Assembly: GCA_951406725.2 (NCBI GenBank)
Contig: OX597829.1
Span: forward strand, 27,032,001 to 27,096,000
Reading direction: 5' to 3'
DNA length: 64,000 bases
DNA from: Octopus vulgaris
Lineage: Eukaryota
Below are positions 1 through 12,816 of the stretch, piece by piece. Under the pieces are notes generated by a model, which had not been told where the DNA came from, ran no database searches, and worked only from the letters and a program-made list of their open reading frames with translations. The stretch's first letter is position 1, and every line of letters starts with the position of its first letter. The translations under genes and the position numbers were made by a program.

Positions 1-560
1 AAACCCTCTTCAGTCGCCATATTTCCCAAGCCAAGTTCTGGTATTTTCCAATTTTCTCCTTTTCTTCGACTGCAACATTAATGTCTGCAGATATAGCCAC
101 ATCTATGATGGTGCACTCTTTCTTTCCCTCATCGTGAACCATAATATCTGGTTGCCTGGCATGAATTTCACAATCAGTCTGTACATTAAAATCCCACAAA
201 ATCTTGTAATGATCATTCTCTGGTCATTAATGGTCATTCTGATTGATGTTGGTACCATTTTCTTTCTACTTTAAATCATTGCCATAATATGTCCCAGTGT
301 TGTGTCTTGTCCACATAGCTGTGTCTGTGTCCGTACTCCTTCTGTGCCAAAGGACTACAGGAACAAATGTACATAATGGATTCCTCTTTCTCATTAACTA
401 CTCTGCACTTTACACTTTCCAAGGATTTGTCTATTATGGCATTAATGGTATTTGTCTGCAATGACTGACTTTGAGCAGCCATTATGAGTCCTTCTGTTAC
501 TTTCTGAAGTTCCCCCATTCTTCAGCCATAACCAAGACTCCTCTGCTGTGATGTACTGTA
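1..560 (-). mobile_element. Degraded R4/Dong-like non-LTR retrotransposon fragment (zinc knuckle/RLE endonuclease region)
   Basis: Minus-strand pieces TEGLIMAAQSQSLQT, KWYQHQ, KILWDFNVQTD..ARQPDI, IIDVA; abuts (CTA)n. Confidence 0.8.
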
Positions 561-570
561 TTTGTCTAAG

Positions 571-572
571 AC

Positions 573-638
<66 letters not shown>

Positions 639-648
639 CACTACTACA
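571..648. repeat. (CTA)n microsatellite
   Basis: Directly visible. Confidence 0.95.
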
Positions 649-857
649 GAAGCAGGCTGGCAGAATCGTTAGCACACTGGACAGAGTGCCTAGTGGTATT
701 TCATCCATCTTTTACTTTCTGAGTTCAAATTCCCCCAAGGTAATCTTTGATTTTCATCCTTTTGGGGTTGATAAAATAAGTACCAGTCATAATAAATTTA
801 TTCATCCCTTGAACTTGTTGACCTTGTACCAAATTTTCAACTCATTATTATTATTAT

Positions 858-1492
858 TCTATGTTTGACTTTTGCTTTATATTTGTACAAGTTGGCTCCA
901 AGTCTCACCCAGAGACCTCAAGAGACAACAGGGTTGGAAGTTCATGTTGTTGTTATGCCTAGTGTGCCATATATTTGGGGGGTGGGGATGTTGTACTAAT
1001 GAATGTCTAAAAAGAAAAAAAAAAGTTTTTTTTTTTTTTTAAACCGAAAATTATGTTTGTTTTAAACCTTGAGATTACATAGAGAGTATTTTGCGTAGGA
1101 TATGAGCAGTTCCCATGAGCACTATCTTTTGAACTTCTGCCATTTTTGGGTTTCCTGGTATCTGAGTTAGGTAGCTATCAGCCCCTTTTGCTATCATTCC
1201 CAGGGCACCTATGACAACAGGTATTGTTTTAGTCTTCAGCTTCCACATTTTGCTGATTTCTATTTCAAGATCTTTATATTTGCTCAGTTTTTGGTAGGTC
1301 TTGACAGATACGTTTATATCGATTGGGACAGTCATATCAATGAGGAGGCATGTTCTTTGTTTGAAGTTTTTCAATATGATGTCTGGCCTATTTGCATCTA
1401 TCTTCCTGTCAGTTTGAATGGTGAAGTTCCAGAGGAGTGAGATGTGGTCATTTTCAAGCACTGGGGGTGGTTTGTGTTCCCACCAGTTTTTT

Positions 1493-1493
<1 letters not shown>
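858..1493 (-). mobile_element. 5'-truncated R4/Dong-like LINE 3' end with an intact RLE C-terminal frame and 3' UTR
   Basis: ORF 1075..1602 contains NWWEHKP..LLWNFTIQTDRKIDANRPDI..IDMTVP..KLSKYKDL..IPVVIGALG; both ends abut (AAT)n. Confidence 0.9.
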
Positions 1494-1541
<48 letters not shown>

Positions 1542-1569
1542 CACTATTATTAATATTATTATTAAAACA

Positions 1570-1790
1570 GCGAGCTAGCAGAGCCAATAGCACACCAGAC
1601 AAAATGCTTAGTAGATTTCACCTATCTTTACATTCTTTACACTCAGATTCCACCAAGGTTGATTTTAATTTTCCATCCTTCCAGAGTGGATAAAATAAGT
1701 ACCAGTCAAGCACTGAGTCAATGTTATCAACTTCGCCTACCCTAAAAAAAAAAATTAATAAAAGCTACTAGCTTTTGCCAAAATTTGAAA
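1570..1790 (+). mobile_element. SINE family C copy (gcgagct(g/a)gcag... head, ATT tail); related copies at ~655-845, 6150-6350(-), 11120-11315(-), 38355-38550, 50820-51035
   Basis: Shared sequence between copies (gttagca..aaatgcttag..gttcaaattc..aaataagtaccag). Confidence 0.7.
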
Positions 1791-1813
1791 CCATCATTAT
1801 TATTATTATTATT

Positions 1814-1900
1814 CTATGTTTGTCTTTTGCTTTATATTTGCACAAGTTGGCTCCAAGTCTCACCCAGAGACCTAAAGAGACAACAGGTTGGAAGTTCGTG
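1814..1900 (-). mobile_element. Second 3'-UTR fragment of the Dong-like LINE
   Basis: Near-identical to 858-945; lies between (ATT)n and (TTG)n. Confidence 0.85.
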
Positions 1901-1905
1901 TTATT

Positions 1906-1958
<53 letters not shown>

Positions 1959-2459
1959 ATTTTCCTTAAAATAAAGAGTAGGTGTAAAAACTTTTGGTTT
2001 TTACTCTGTTCTTACAAGAAAGTAATACAATATTTGTGGGTGAACTTTTAGCCCTATTGGCATCCATCTGTGTCAGTATCTTAAACATGTTCCTCCACAA
2101 ATGAGTTACAATGTAATTTGTGGCAGGATATTTTTTTTTACTTTTGCTAAATATGTTTAAACGTTTTATTAAGTTCATTCTGTCAGTTCATAGCAAATAC
2201 TAAACCAAATGAATGAGTATTTAAAAGTAATTTTTTTACTTGATCCAGTGTAATTAGATATTCAGATGTTGCTAAAATGAATTCCTAAACGCACGCTGAA
2301 GCAGCAAGTTGATGTAAAAGGTTTAAGTTATGCTAAAAAGATTAATGGCTAAAGACACAGTCTCTAGCATTCCAAAATATACAAGGATCTTCCTTACACT
2401 TCCTCATTGAGTGTTGCCAGCAAACAGAGTTTATCATAATAGTTTCCAGATTTTCAGAA

Positions 2460-2509
<50 letters not shown>

Positions 2510-2752
2510 GGTGAGAAAGAAACACAGACAGACACACAGATAGATAGGTACATAATATATACATAATATACACATATGTATATATACATATGCATGTATA
2601 TATAAATTGATGATGTTCACCATTTAAGGGTTAAACAATATAGCTACATCTCACTAAATCCAGAACAAGAATATAAATAAGTGACTTGTATAAAGTAGCT
2701 CAAATGCAAACCAATATAGATATATAATAAATAACATCACTCAGTATTGGGT

Positions 2753-2981
2753 TTAACCCTTTAGCATTCAAACCGGCCATATCCGGCCCAAATATTCTAC
2801 TTGTTTTATGCTCAAATTGGCCAAATCCGACTTTTTATACCTATCCCACAATGTGATTCTGAAAAATAAGCAATCACATTACTGAAATCTTGAAGCTATG
2901 AGACAGTTCAGGGTTGATTCAAAACAATGTGAATAAATAAGCATTAGATTTGACAAAGTAATCTGAATGCTAAAGGGTTAA
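2753..2981. mobile_element. piggyBac-type MITE (TTAA-CCCTTTAGCATTCA TIRs); related copies at 37251-37838 and 58511-59131, each with a nested SINE
   Basis: ttaaccctttagcattca ... tgaatgctaaagggttaa, with TTAA at both ends. Confidence 0.85.
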
Positions 2982-3792
2982 AAAAGAACCTTGGAGAGAA
3001 AAGAAGGTGAACTGCCACCCACAGGACTTGAACCACTCATCTACTAGATTACAGTAATTTCACTGCCATCAATTCACCATGAGGGAAGTACATTGCCATC
3101 AATTCACCATGAAGAAAGTTCATTGTGATGAAAGTTTACTGAGAAAATATATCCATAGTATCTTACCATTAATAGTTAAAAACTATTTTATTGATAAAAA
3201 AAAAAAAGGTGAATTGATGACAGTGAATTTTTCCTGTGGAGATTTGATGACAATGAACTTTGTCTGTGGTGAATTGATGAGAGTGAACTCATCAGCAGCT
3301 GGGGAGCCAACCAGAACTTAGGGCTGACTGGAAGAGGAAGGGGCAGGTGTGACACGCACGCAGGCAGGGGACAATTGGGCCTTTTCAATTGGGGTAGCTG
3401 ACAAGGGAAAAGCAGCTGCTATTTTTTAGCGTTTGGGTCTGGCCACATCGAAGGTTGCGTTACTGTCGGAGAGATCTGCGTCGACGGAGAGAAGGTAGCT
3501 GTCTTTACTTCAAATCTCCCGCATACACCACACTTTCAACTTCACTTGGGTGCTTAAAAAATGAAGAGTCACTTTGGTACAAGAGATCGCAACTATCTGG
3601 CATACGGTAGATGCATGATTCTATTGCTATTAGTGACCGTCTGGTTATTTCCTGTCCTAGAATTTTTTTCTGTTTACCAATATACTGTGAATTATTATTT
3701 ATAGTTCCATTCACATTCAAGTAATTTCTATGAAAAATGTATACTTTATTTCATATTTCTCAATACTTCTAAATTATAATCTAAATGTAAAT

Positions 3793-4175
3793 AGGCGCAG
3801 GAGTGGCTGTGTGGTAAGTAGCTTGCTTACCAGCCACATGGTTCTGGGTTCAGTTCCACTGTGTGGCACCTTGGGCAAGTGTCTTCTACTATAGCCTCGG
3901 GCCGACCAAAAGCTTGTGAGGGGATTTGGTAGACGGAAACTGAAAGAAGCCTGTCATATATATGTATGTGTGTGTTTGTGTCCCCGCCAACATCACTTGA
4001 CAATCGATGCTGGTGTGTTACTTCCCTGTAACTTAGCGGTTCGGCAAAAGAGACCGATAGAATGAGGACTAGTCTTACAAAGAATAAGTCCTGGGGTCGA
4101 TTTGCTCGACTAGAGGCGGTGCTCCAGCATGGCCGCAGTCAAATGACTGAAACAAGTAAAAGAGTAAAGAGTAAA
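3793..4175 (+). mobile_element. SINE family A: tRNA-derived head, internal (TA/TG)n, gaaacaagtaaaagagta tail
   Basis: A-box-like TGGCTGTGTGG and B-box-like GGTTCAGT(T/C)C; more than 12 copies in the window. Confidence 0.9.
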
Positions 4176-4558
4176 TAAGAATAAAGACTTGTATCATCAA
4201 GAGAATAGTATTTTGAGTCTATTATTGTTGCTGTTGTTTAGCTCCAGGTCAATCCTAATCTACTTATGTTCAAAGGCATAGTTGCAATCTCTTGTACCAC
4301 TCCATCTGTTCATACATAGTTTATTACAAACTACATTATCCAACATTACCTCCACACCAATTTTTTCTTTTCTTTTCTTTTTTTGTAAAGACAGTAAAGT
4401 GTTGTTTGAGAGAGAGATTTTGCTCTGACCATATAATGGTACCCTCATTAGTTTTTAAGTTCTACATTGTTTTTTTTTTAAGAAGTAGTGTCTCTAGAAG
4501 ATATGACATCAAAATTTTGGTAGTAGTTTTTAAGTACTGAAAGAAAAACATTCAATAT

Positions 4559-4727
4559 AGGCGCAGGAGTGGCTGTGTGGTAAGTAGCTTGTTTACCAAC
4601 CACATGGTTCCGGGTTCAGTCCCACTGCGTGGCACCTTGGGCAAGTGTCTTCTATAGCCTCGGGCCGACCAATGCCTTGTGAGTGGATTTGGTAGACGAA
4701 AACTGAAAGAAGCCTGTCGTATATATG

Positions 4728-4760
<33 letters not shown>

Positions 4761-4980
4761 TTGTGTGTCTATGTTTGTCCCCCTAGCATTGCTTGACAAC
4801 CGATGCTGGTGTGTTTATGTCCCCGTTACTTAGCGGTTCAGCAAAAGAGACCGATAGAATAAGTACTGGGCTTACAAAAGAATAAGTCCCGGGGTCGAAT
4901 TGCTCGATTAAAGGCGGTGCTCCAGCATGGCCGCAGTCAAAATGACTGAAACAAGTAAAAGAGTAAAAGAGTAAAGAGTA
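4559..4980 (+). mobile_element. SINE family A copy
   Basis: Full-length similarity to 3793-4175. Confidence 0.9.
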
Positions 4981-5956
4981 ATCATTGGACATTAAGAAAG
5001 AGAGTTTTTGATGTTCTAATGTTAATCCAGAAATAATAAGGCTATAACAAATCCCATCCAAATCTTGCAGAGGTCAACTTTACCGTTTATTCTTTTGGAG
5101 TTGATAGAAAAATGCACCTATCCAGAATGGCGGATTGGTGAGATATGCCAGAATGTTGGATAGGATACTTTGTGGGTTTTTGTTCTAGTTCTTTGCAATA
5201 TGAATTCAGATCTCTTATTTGGGTTGGGGACCTTTAGCAGAGTCCATTCTGTTTGATGCACTTTGAGCCAGGTCTCAAGTTTGAATATATAATCCTTTCT
5301 CCTTCCCACCAATCTCAGAGACCCTTTAAAATTATCATGGTCACTACCATGTCACCTGATTAAAATGATAAACAAAATAAATTAGTTTCAACTATACAAA
5401 AAAGAAAGTTCTGTTAGTCATTATAAGAAGGCATCCATTGCTGTATTGCTCATGGACAGTATTTTTATGCAAATGTAGTGAAGGAAATGGTCTGTAGGAA
5501 ACAAAATAATCACATCTCATTTTGAAAGGACTTCTTTGAGCACTAGAAACACGATTAAATAAATTCTTCAGGTCAAGAACAAGAAAAAAATAAACAAAAA
5601 AAAAGGATTACATGCATTTAAAATGCAAAGGTGTGATAGTTTATGTTGGTTTGGGGGAGTTACACAATTTTTGACTTACAATAAAATAAACAAATATTCT
5701 AACTGCCACCAAGATTTTTTCTTTATATGATGCAATGTCATAACAAAACCACTATATAATATAATTCATAAATATAATATCCCATCAAAATATATGTAAG
5801 AACTAGCATGAATGTGAAAGAATGTAAACATTTGTAAAAAAACAAATAATGTTGGTTGAATGTACATTGAAATAAATTGACTAGAAACCATTTTCACTGA
5901 GAGGAAACAAATGTTATGTCTTGTAGTAGAAACTAATAATAAACATCACATCTTCA

Positions 5957-5994
5957 ATGATAACAATAACAATAATAATAATAATAATAACAAC

Positions 5995-6045
<51 letters not shown>

Positions 6046-6073
6046 AATAATAATAACAATAATAATAATAATG

Positions 6074-6104
<31 letters not shown>

Positions 6105-6140
6105 TAATAATAATAATAATAAGAAGAAGAAGAAGAAGAA
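5957..6140. repeat. (AAT)n/(AAG)n microsatellite
   Basis: Directly visible. Confidence 0.95.
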
Positions 6141-6360
6141 TGGTTTTTAATTTTGCCACAAGGGCACCGATTTGGGGGGAGGGAATGAGTCAATTACATT
6201 GACCCCAGTGTTCAACTGGTACTTATTTTATTGACCTCACAAAAGGATGAAAAGCAAAGTCGACCTCATTGGAATTTGAACACAGAACACGAAGACAGAT
6301 GAATTACTACTAAACAATTCGCCCAGCGTGCTAACAATTCTGCCAGCTTGCCACCTTCAT

Positions 6361-6387
6361 ATAATAACATTAATAATAATAATAATA

Positions 6388-6418
<31 letters not shown>

Positions 6419-6495
6419 GGAGGAGGAGGAGGAGGAGGAGGAGGAGGATGAAGAAGAAGAAGAAGAAGAAGAAGAAGAAGAAGAAGAAGAAGAAA
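6361..6495. repeat. Compound microsatellite (AAT)n-(GAT)n-(GAG)n-(GAA)n
   Basis: Directly visible. Confidence 0.95.
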
Positions 6496-6496
6496 G

Positions 6497-9400
6497 ACCA
6501 AGAGAAAATATAGATTCCCACCAACAGAAGAACTGCTGTCAACAGAAAGAAACACTGCAGCAAAAAGTCCAAGCAAAAGCTCAAAGAAAATAAAGATTTG
6601 AGAAGAGAAACAAGTTTTACAAGCAAAATAAGCCGTTCACATCCAATGCAAAAGCATTCTACAGAAAAATAGAGAAGGAGAAAATAACCATTGAAGACCC
6701 TCACCTCCCATGGAAGAAGTTGCAAACTTTTGGAAAAATATTTGGTGTGATGAAAAGACATACAATGAAAATGCAGACTGGATTAGATGTACAGAAGGAT
6801 CCTATCAAAATTTAGCAAAACAAGCATGGGAAGCCATCACAGGCTTAAGGATGATTCTCATGAAAGTAATCCCCTGGTAATGATAGACAGCCAAATTTCT
6901 GGCTTGCATTGCTCCTGTGTACACACAAAAAGTTAGTTCAGTTATTCAATGAAATTATGAGAGATCCTAAGAAAACAATTGATTGGTTAGCAAGAGGTAT
7001 TACTTACCCACTCCTGAAGCATAATAAAACCAAATTTCCCCAAAACTATTGGCCCATAACATGTCTATCTTCCATGTATAAAATTTTCACATCCATCCTT
7101 GTGGAGGAAACATACAAATTTATGGAACAACGATATTTTCCTCACTGCACAAAAAGGGTGTCGAGGATGTTCATATGGATGCAAAGACCAACTCTTAATC
7201 AATTGCATGATCATTGAGAACTGTCATAACAAACACAGAAATCTCAGTCCTGCATGGATTGATTATGGAAAGGCCTTTGACTACACACTGCATTCATGGA
7301 TCTTGAAATCGCTGGATATCTTCAAAATTTCTCCTGTGATTTCAAACTTCCTGAAGCACAACATGTCAATGTGGAATACGAATCTCCAATTATACCACCC
7401 TAATGGAGTACTGACCACAAACAATATTAATATGAACTGTGGCATTTTCCAAGGTGAATAACTTTCACCTCTAATTTTTTGCATTGCCCAAATACCCTTA
7501 CAAGTGAACTTAACAGAACAAGGTATGGGTGCAAAATTAGCAACAAGAAAATAAGTCATCTATTTTATATGGATGACTTAAAATTCTATGGCAAAGATGA
7601 TAATGAGTTTGAAGGACTATTACATACTGTGAAAGCATTCAGTGATGGCATTGGGATGGAATTTGGTTTTGATAAATGTGCCAAGGCTACTTTCCAGAAA
7701 GGAAAATTGACAACCTTATATTCAATGGTGTTAACCCTTTCGTTACTGTATTTATTTTGAGATGCTCTCTGTTTCTTTCAATTATTTTAAATATAACAAA
7801 GAATTTAGTAAAATAACTTAGTTATCATTCTGCTAATGTTAGGAACATAAATTGTGACTAAGGTTTAGTGGAAGATTTTAATTCAGAATGATTGAAAACA
7901 AGGCATTTGTACTCAGAGACAGAGCTGGTTTCAGCTGGGTTGGTAATGAAAGGGTTAAATGTTGACACAATTATTAAAGAACTTGAGCAGGAACAAACTT
8001 ACAAATACCTTGGAATAAATTAAGGCTCTGGCATTCAGTATGCAAGCATGAAAGAGATCATGAAGGAATGTTATAGGAGAGTTCAAGCAGTCCTAAAATC
8101 TGAGTTAAATGTCCATAACAAAGCGGTAGCCATAAATTCTTTAGCAGTTCCAGCTGTTATTTATAGTTACAATGTGTTGGACTGGAATATCAGCGAAATA
8201 AGGTAAATTGACAGGAAAATGCATAAGCTGCTAACTTGCAATAAGATACACAACTCAATGACAAATGCAGTTCGTCTTAACCTTCCAGAGCTCAAGGAGG
8301 TTGAGGCTTGATCCAATTTGAAATCTCCTACAAAACCACCACAGTTGGATTGGCCAAATATCTTGAAACATCTGATGACCAGATGCTAAAACTTGTTGAA
8401 AACCACAAGAGATGTAAGAAGCTTCATGAAGGAAAGCAAAAAATTTGCTAGTGAGTTCATGCAAATACCCAGGTTGAACAGCATGATAGAAGTGCATCAA
8501 CTGTTGTTGCAAAGAAGGTGAAATCAATGGTAAAGCAAAATGCGTTTGAACATTTAGCTGATAGGTGGGAACAAAAACCTCTGCACAACAAATATGTGGT
8601 CCGTAGCAAACAAGCTGATGTAGACCAGAAGCACACCCATCAATGGCTACAGAGCTCAGGGTTAAGAGCAGAGAGCAAAGGTTTTATCTTGGCTGCTCAA
8701 GATCAGAGCTTATTGACTCAGAACTATCAAGCTAATGTGATGAAAAATGGTGTAGACCCAAAGTGCCAATGCTGCAATGATAAGATTGAAACAGTGGACC
8801 ACCTAATCTCTGTGTGTAAGGGTTTAGCACCTATAGAGTATAAATCAAGACATGACAGAGTTGGTCAATATCTACACTGGATATTGACATTATAAAATCA
8901 AACATCCTGTCAAAGTCAAAAATATGTCAACATTATAAAATCAAAACTGCTGACAAATGGTACAAGCACCACCCTGAAGCTGTAGCTGAGGGAGAAAATG
9001 TAATGATTCTTTGGGACTTTCCAGTATGTACAGATTGGACCACCAAAACTAATAAAAGAGATATTGTTGTGAAAGACCAAAACGATAAAGTCTATTTATC
9101 GATTGACATGAGCATACCTTGTTATCATATCTTGGCAAAAGAATTTGATAAGCTCAGAAGATATAAAGATTTGCTGATTGAAATTGAAAAGATGTGGCAT
9201 TTCAAGATGGTTACAACACCAATGATTGTAGGAATACTTGGAATGAACAGAAAAAGAACTGAAAATTATTTGAGGATGATCCCTGGCTTACCTTTCATGC
9301 AGGAAGTGCAAAAGGTTGTCTTAACTGGCACATCACACATATTGAGAAGAGTACTGTCATTGTGAATTTTCTTTCCTTTTTCCCCTATATTTTCTTTCTT

Positions 9401-9565
9401 TACAATTTTATCTTTTTTTATCTTTTCCTTTCCATCTCCGTCTTTCTTCACCTTTTTCTCTATCACATGACAAGGGACAATCTGGTGTCTTTATTTTAAT
9501 GGCCTACCAATGCATACAGTGAACTTCTATGCCATAGGTGTCAGGAAGACACTTGGCAAGAAATT
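6497..9565 (+). mobile_element. Degraded R4/Dong-like LINE: reverse transcriptase, CCHC knuckle and RLE endonuclease, frameshifted
   Basis: Fragments NYWPITCLSSMYK, QKGCRGCSYGCKDQLLI, WIDYGKAFD, GIFQG, HLFYMDDLKFY, IGMEFGFDKCA, CQCC..ETVDHL..C..RHD, ILWDF..DIVV..IDMSIP. Confidence 0.92.
7731..7958. mobile_element. TTAA-flanked piggyBac-type MITE nested in the LINE RT region
   Basis: ttaaccctttcgttac ... gtaatgaaagggttaa; the LINE reading frame resumes after it. Confidence 0.85.
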
Positions 9566-9888
9566 CTTTTATTTGTTTCAGTCATTTTGACTGCAGCCAT
9601 GCTGGAGCACTGCCTTTAGTTGAGAAAATCGACCCCAGGACTTATTCTTTATAAGCCTAATACTTATTCTGTTGGTCTCTTATGCCGAACCACTAAGTTA
9701 CGGGGATGTAAACACACCAGCATCGATGTCAAGCGATGTTGGGGGACGGACACACAAACATATATACGCACATACATTCATACATACATACATGCATACA
9801 TATATACATACATACATGCATACATATATACATATATACACACACACATATATATATATATATTTTATAATTAGGGTTCAGCATACAC

Positions 9889-9932
<44 letters not shown>

Positions 9933-10049
9933 TTTATAAATAGGGTTCAGAATGAGGTTCATCACCTTCCCCTGCCCATCCATGTGTGTCGTCAAGTAAA
10001 GATACTACAGAAAAAATCTGTAATTTATGATCTTGGAGAAAATTATATT

Positions 10050-10882
10050 ATCAATAATAACAAAGGGTAAAATTAATTAATTAACTAGTAATCAATAATT
10101 TCACCAAGTAGAATTCAGCATGAAAAAGGACCATTTCACGGTAAACTTAAGTAATACTTTATAATTAGGGTTCAGCAAAGATTTGCTTTACCACATACTG
10201 AAGTTTAGAAATAGCAGCCAAAGAATCTTAGCTATTTTCCTCTACTTTAAAAAGAGACTCCCGAAAAAAACAAAGTACTCAAAAACAATCCACGCAGGCA
10301 GAGAGGAAAAATAACGAAAATCAATCTAAATCTGGTCACCCATGTACGTGTTTCGGAATTAGATCGGTATAAAGAATGTAGAATTTATACTTTACCCAAC
10401 CATTTTCTTCATCAGCATGGGACTCCAACAATATTAGATATTAAAAATATTAAATCCAAAGGCACTGGAAGAATTGAATATATCTCTGGAAGAGAATTGA
10501 ATATAATAAATATATTTGGATTTAATATTTTTAATATTTAATATTGTGAAGTCTCCTGCTGATGAAGAAAATGTTCGGGTAAAGTATAAATTCTATATTC
10601 TTTATACCGATCTAATTCCGAAACGCATACATGGGTAATCAAATATCGATTGATTCTCGTTATTTTTCCTCTCTGCCTGCGTGGATTGGTTTCGAGTACT
10701 TTGTTTTTTTCGGGAGTTCTTTGGCTGCTATTTCTGAACTTTGGTATGTGGTAAAGCAAATCTTTGCTAAACCCTAATTACTTAAGTTTACCTTGAAATG
10801 GTCCTTTTTCATGCCGAATTCTACTTGGTGAAATTATTGATTACTAGTTAATTAATTAATTTTACCCTTTGTTATTATTGAT
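10050..10882. mobile_element. Inverted-repeat cassette (arms 10050-10460 and 10515-10882), probable inverted PLE pseudo-LTRs
   Basis: The arms are imperfect reverse complements over ~370-410 bp; each contains a hammerhead motif. Confidence 0.75.
10339..10421 (-). ncRNA. Type I hammerhead ribozyme candidate
   Basis: cccatg-CTGATGA-(long stem II)-GAAA-CACG-TA-catggg; stem I is a perfect 6 bp. A more degenerate partner lies on + at 10553-10635. Confidence 0.7.
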
Positions 10883-11486
10883 TATATATATATATATATA
10901 TATACAACGGGCTTCTTTCAGTTTCTGTCTACTAAATCCACTCATAAGGCTTTGGTCGGCCTGAGGTTATAGTAGAAGACACTTACACAAGGTGCCATGC
11001 AGTGGGTCTGAACCTGGAACCATGTGGTTGGTTAGCAAGCTACTTACCACACATCCACTCCTGCACCTATGGAAACAGAATTGAAAGAAGATGATAATAA
11101 TAATTATTTCTACTAGAGACACAAGGCCTGAAATTTTTGAGAGGAGGGGTTCTAATTCATTACTTCAATGCCAGTGCAGATATTTATTTTATCAACTCCA
11201 GAAAGGGATGAAAGGCAAACTCAACCTCAGTGGAATTTGAACTCAGAACATTAAGATAGACAAAATGCCACTAAGAACTTTGTCCAGTGTGCTAATGCTT
11301 CTACCAGCTTGCTGCCTTTTTAATAATAATAATGGTGCAATCCTTTGACAGAATGAGTTGGATTAGAAACATACTTGAATTAGAAACATGTAAGATTTTG
11401 TGAGATTTTCCCATTCAAACTGATAGGAAGATGGAACATGACAAGCCAGATATTACAGTAACAGATAAAGAAAAATCAAATTTGTG

Positions 11487-11765
11487 TATTGGGTTATCAG
11501 TTAAATTCATGTTTTGTTTTTTCCCCATTTATTTTAATCTTCTTCAATGTTATTTGAATGAATATGAAAATTGTTTTTATTGTAGCATTTTTTTTTGTTT
11601 GTTTTTTTTTGTTTGTTTTTTTGTAGCTTTACTCTTCTTCTATAACTTTCATAATCCGGTCTTTGAAATTTGAATAAATTTTGCCTCTTTTCAGACATGA
11701 CGATGGAATGCTCAGTAGAAAAAAAAATTTTTTTTAATGAACAAATTTATCTGACAACCTAATAC
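11487..11765. mobile_element. mariner-derived MITE (tattgggttatcag...ctgacaacctaata); related pieces at 47940-48160 and 45890-46157
   Basis: TIRs with TA ends. The 45.9-46.1 kb copy retains the mariner C-terminal FYCKGIDKLVECWQEVVSNEGEY. Confidence 0.7.
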
Positions 11766-12609
11766 AAATCTGTGTATGTCATCTGTCCAACAGATGTAAG
11801 TACCTAATTCAGAATTAGTGTGAAAAGAGAACATAAATAAACAACTACTTGAAGACTTACAAATTTCTCTATCCAGTTTATTTATATTTGTAACAGAATC
11901 ATTGGTACATTTGATTATACTACCAAGTGCTTAAACAATAATCTTGAAAAACTGTAGTTTTTGGTACTGAAAGAGACCACCTATTATGCATTCTGTAAAT
12001 TCAATCTGTAAGTACAACAGCAAATATTTACAAGACATTTCTAAAATTCAACATATGACTCTTTACCACTGTTGTTTCATAAATCCTACTAATGAGCTTT
12101 TGTCAGAAACTAACCTTTTGTTTAAAGGAATATTTCAGAGAAATATAGTACCCCAGCCACCCAAGAACAGCACATATACCCACACATATATTCATATATA
12201 TTTATAGACATTCATGCATTAAGACCCATGCAGTACTACTGACATTAATTGCCAACTTCTTTAGAAATAGCGATATAGTGACAAAGTCATTCTAAGAAGA
12301 AACACAATCAAAGAGGCTTAAAAAAAAATAAGTTCAGAAAATATTTGATTGTTTCACCGAGGCAGTATCTGTTTTAAAACAAGAAGAGTAACATCTTGTG
12401 AATTAAGAGCAAACTTCTCAAGAAGAACATATACTCTGATGATATCACTTGATGGTTTGTTATCCTGAACTGTTGAACAGATCTATCTTGACAAAGATCT
12501 TGAAGAGGTATACTTTGAATGCCAACACAAAGTTGTAAGTGCATGAGGGTGTATAGCACAAGTGAATGTCAATAGAATTTATAAGATAAACAGAGAAGAG
12601 TAATTTTTT

Positions 12610-12756
12610 GTGTGGTAAGTAGCTTGCTTACCAACCACATGGTTCTGGGTTCAGTCCCACTGTGTAGTGCCTTGGGCAAGTGTCTTCTACTATAGCCTCT
12701 GGCTGACCAAAGCCTTTGTGAGTGGATTTGGTAGATGGAAACTGAAAAAGCCCGTC

Positions 12757-12816
<60 letters not shown>

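Larger units (their letters stand above)
9570..11070 (-). mobile_element. SINE family A copy split by a ~1 kb insertion in its internal microsatellite
   Basis: 3' half at 9570-9760 and 5' half at 10900-11070. Confidence 0.85.

Noticed and set aside
3793-3870. tRNA-like A/B boxes
   Set aside because: These are SINE heads; no complete cloverleaf was found, so no tRNA gene is called.
4593-5061. Recurrent ORFs such as SVSVYQIHSQGFGRPEAIVEDTCPRCHAVGLNPEPCGW, also at 12.6, 15.7, 19.6, 47.0 and 58.7 kb
   Set aside because: They are antisense translations of SINE family A, not a protein family.
5911-6761. ORFs with poly-N/I/Y/D/E/K tracts
   Set aside because: They are translations of trinucleotide microsatellites, with no splice or domain support.
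12265-12540. Possible plus-strand exon ending in gtaagt
   Set aside because: The frames I read contain stops, and no partner exons or recognisable domain were found.
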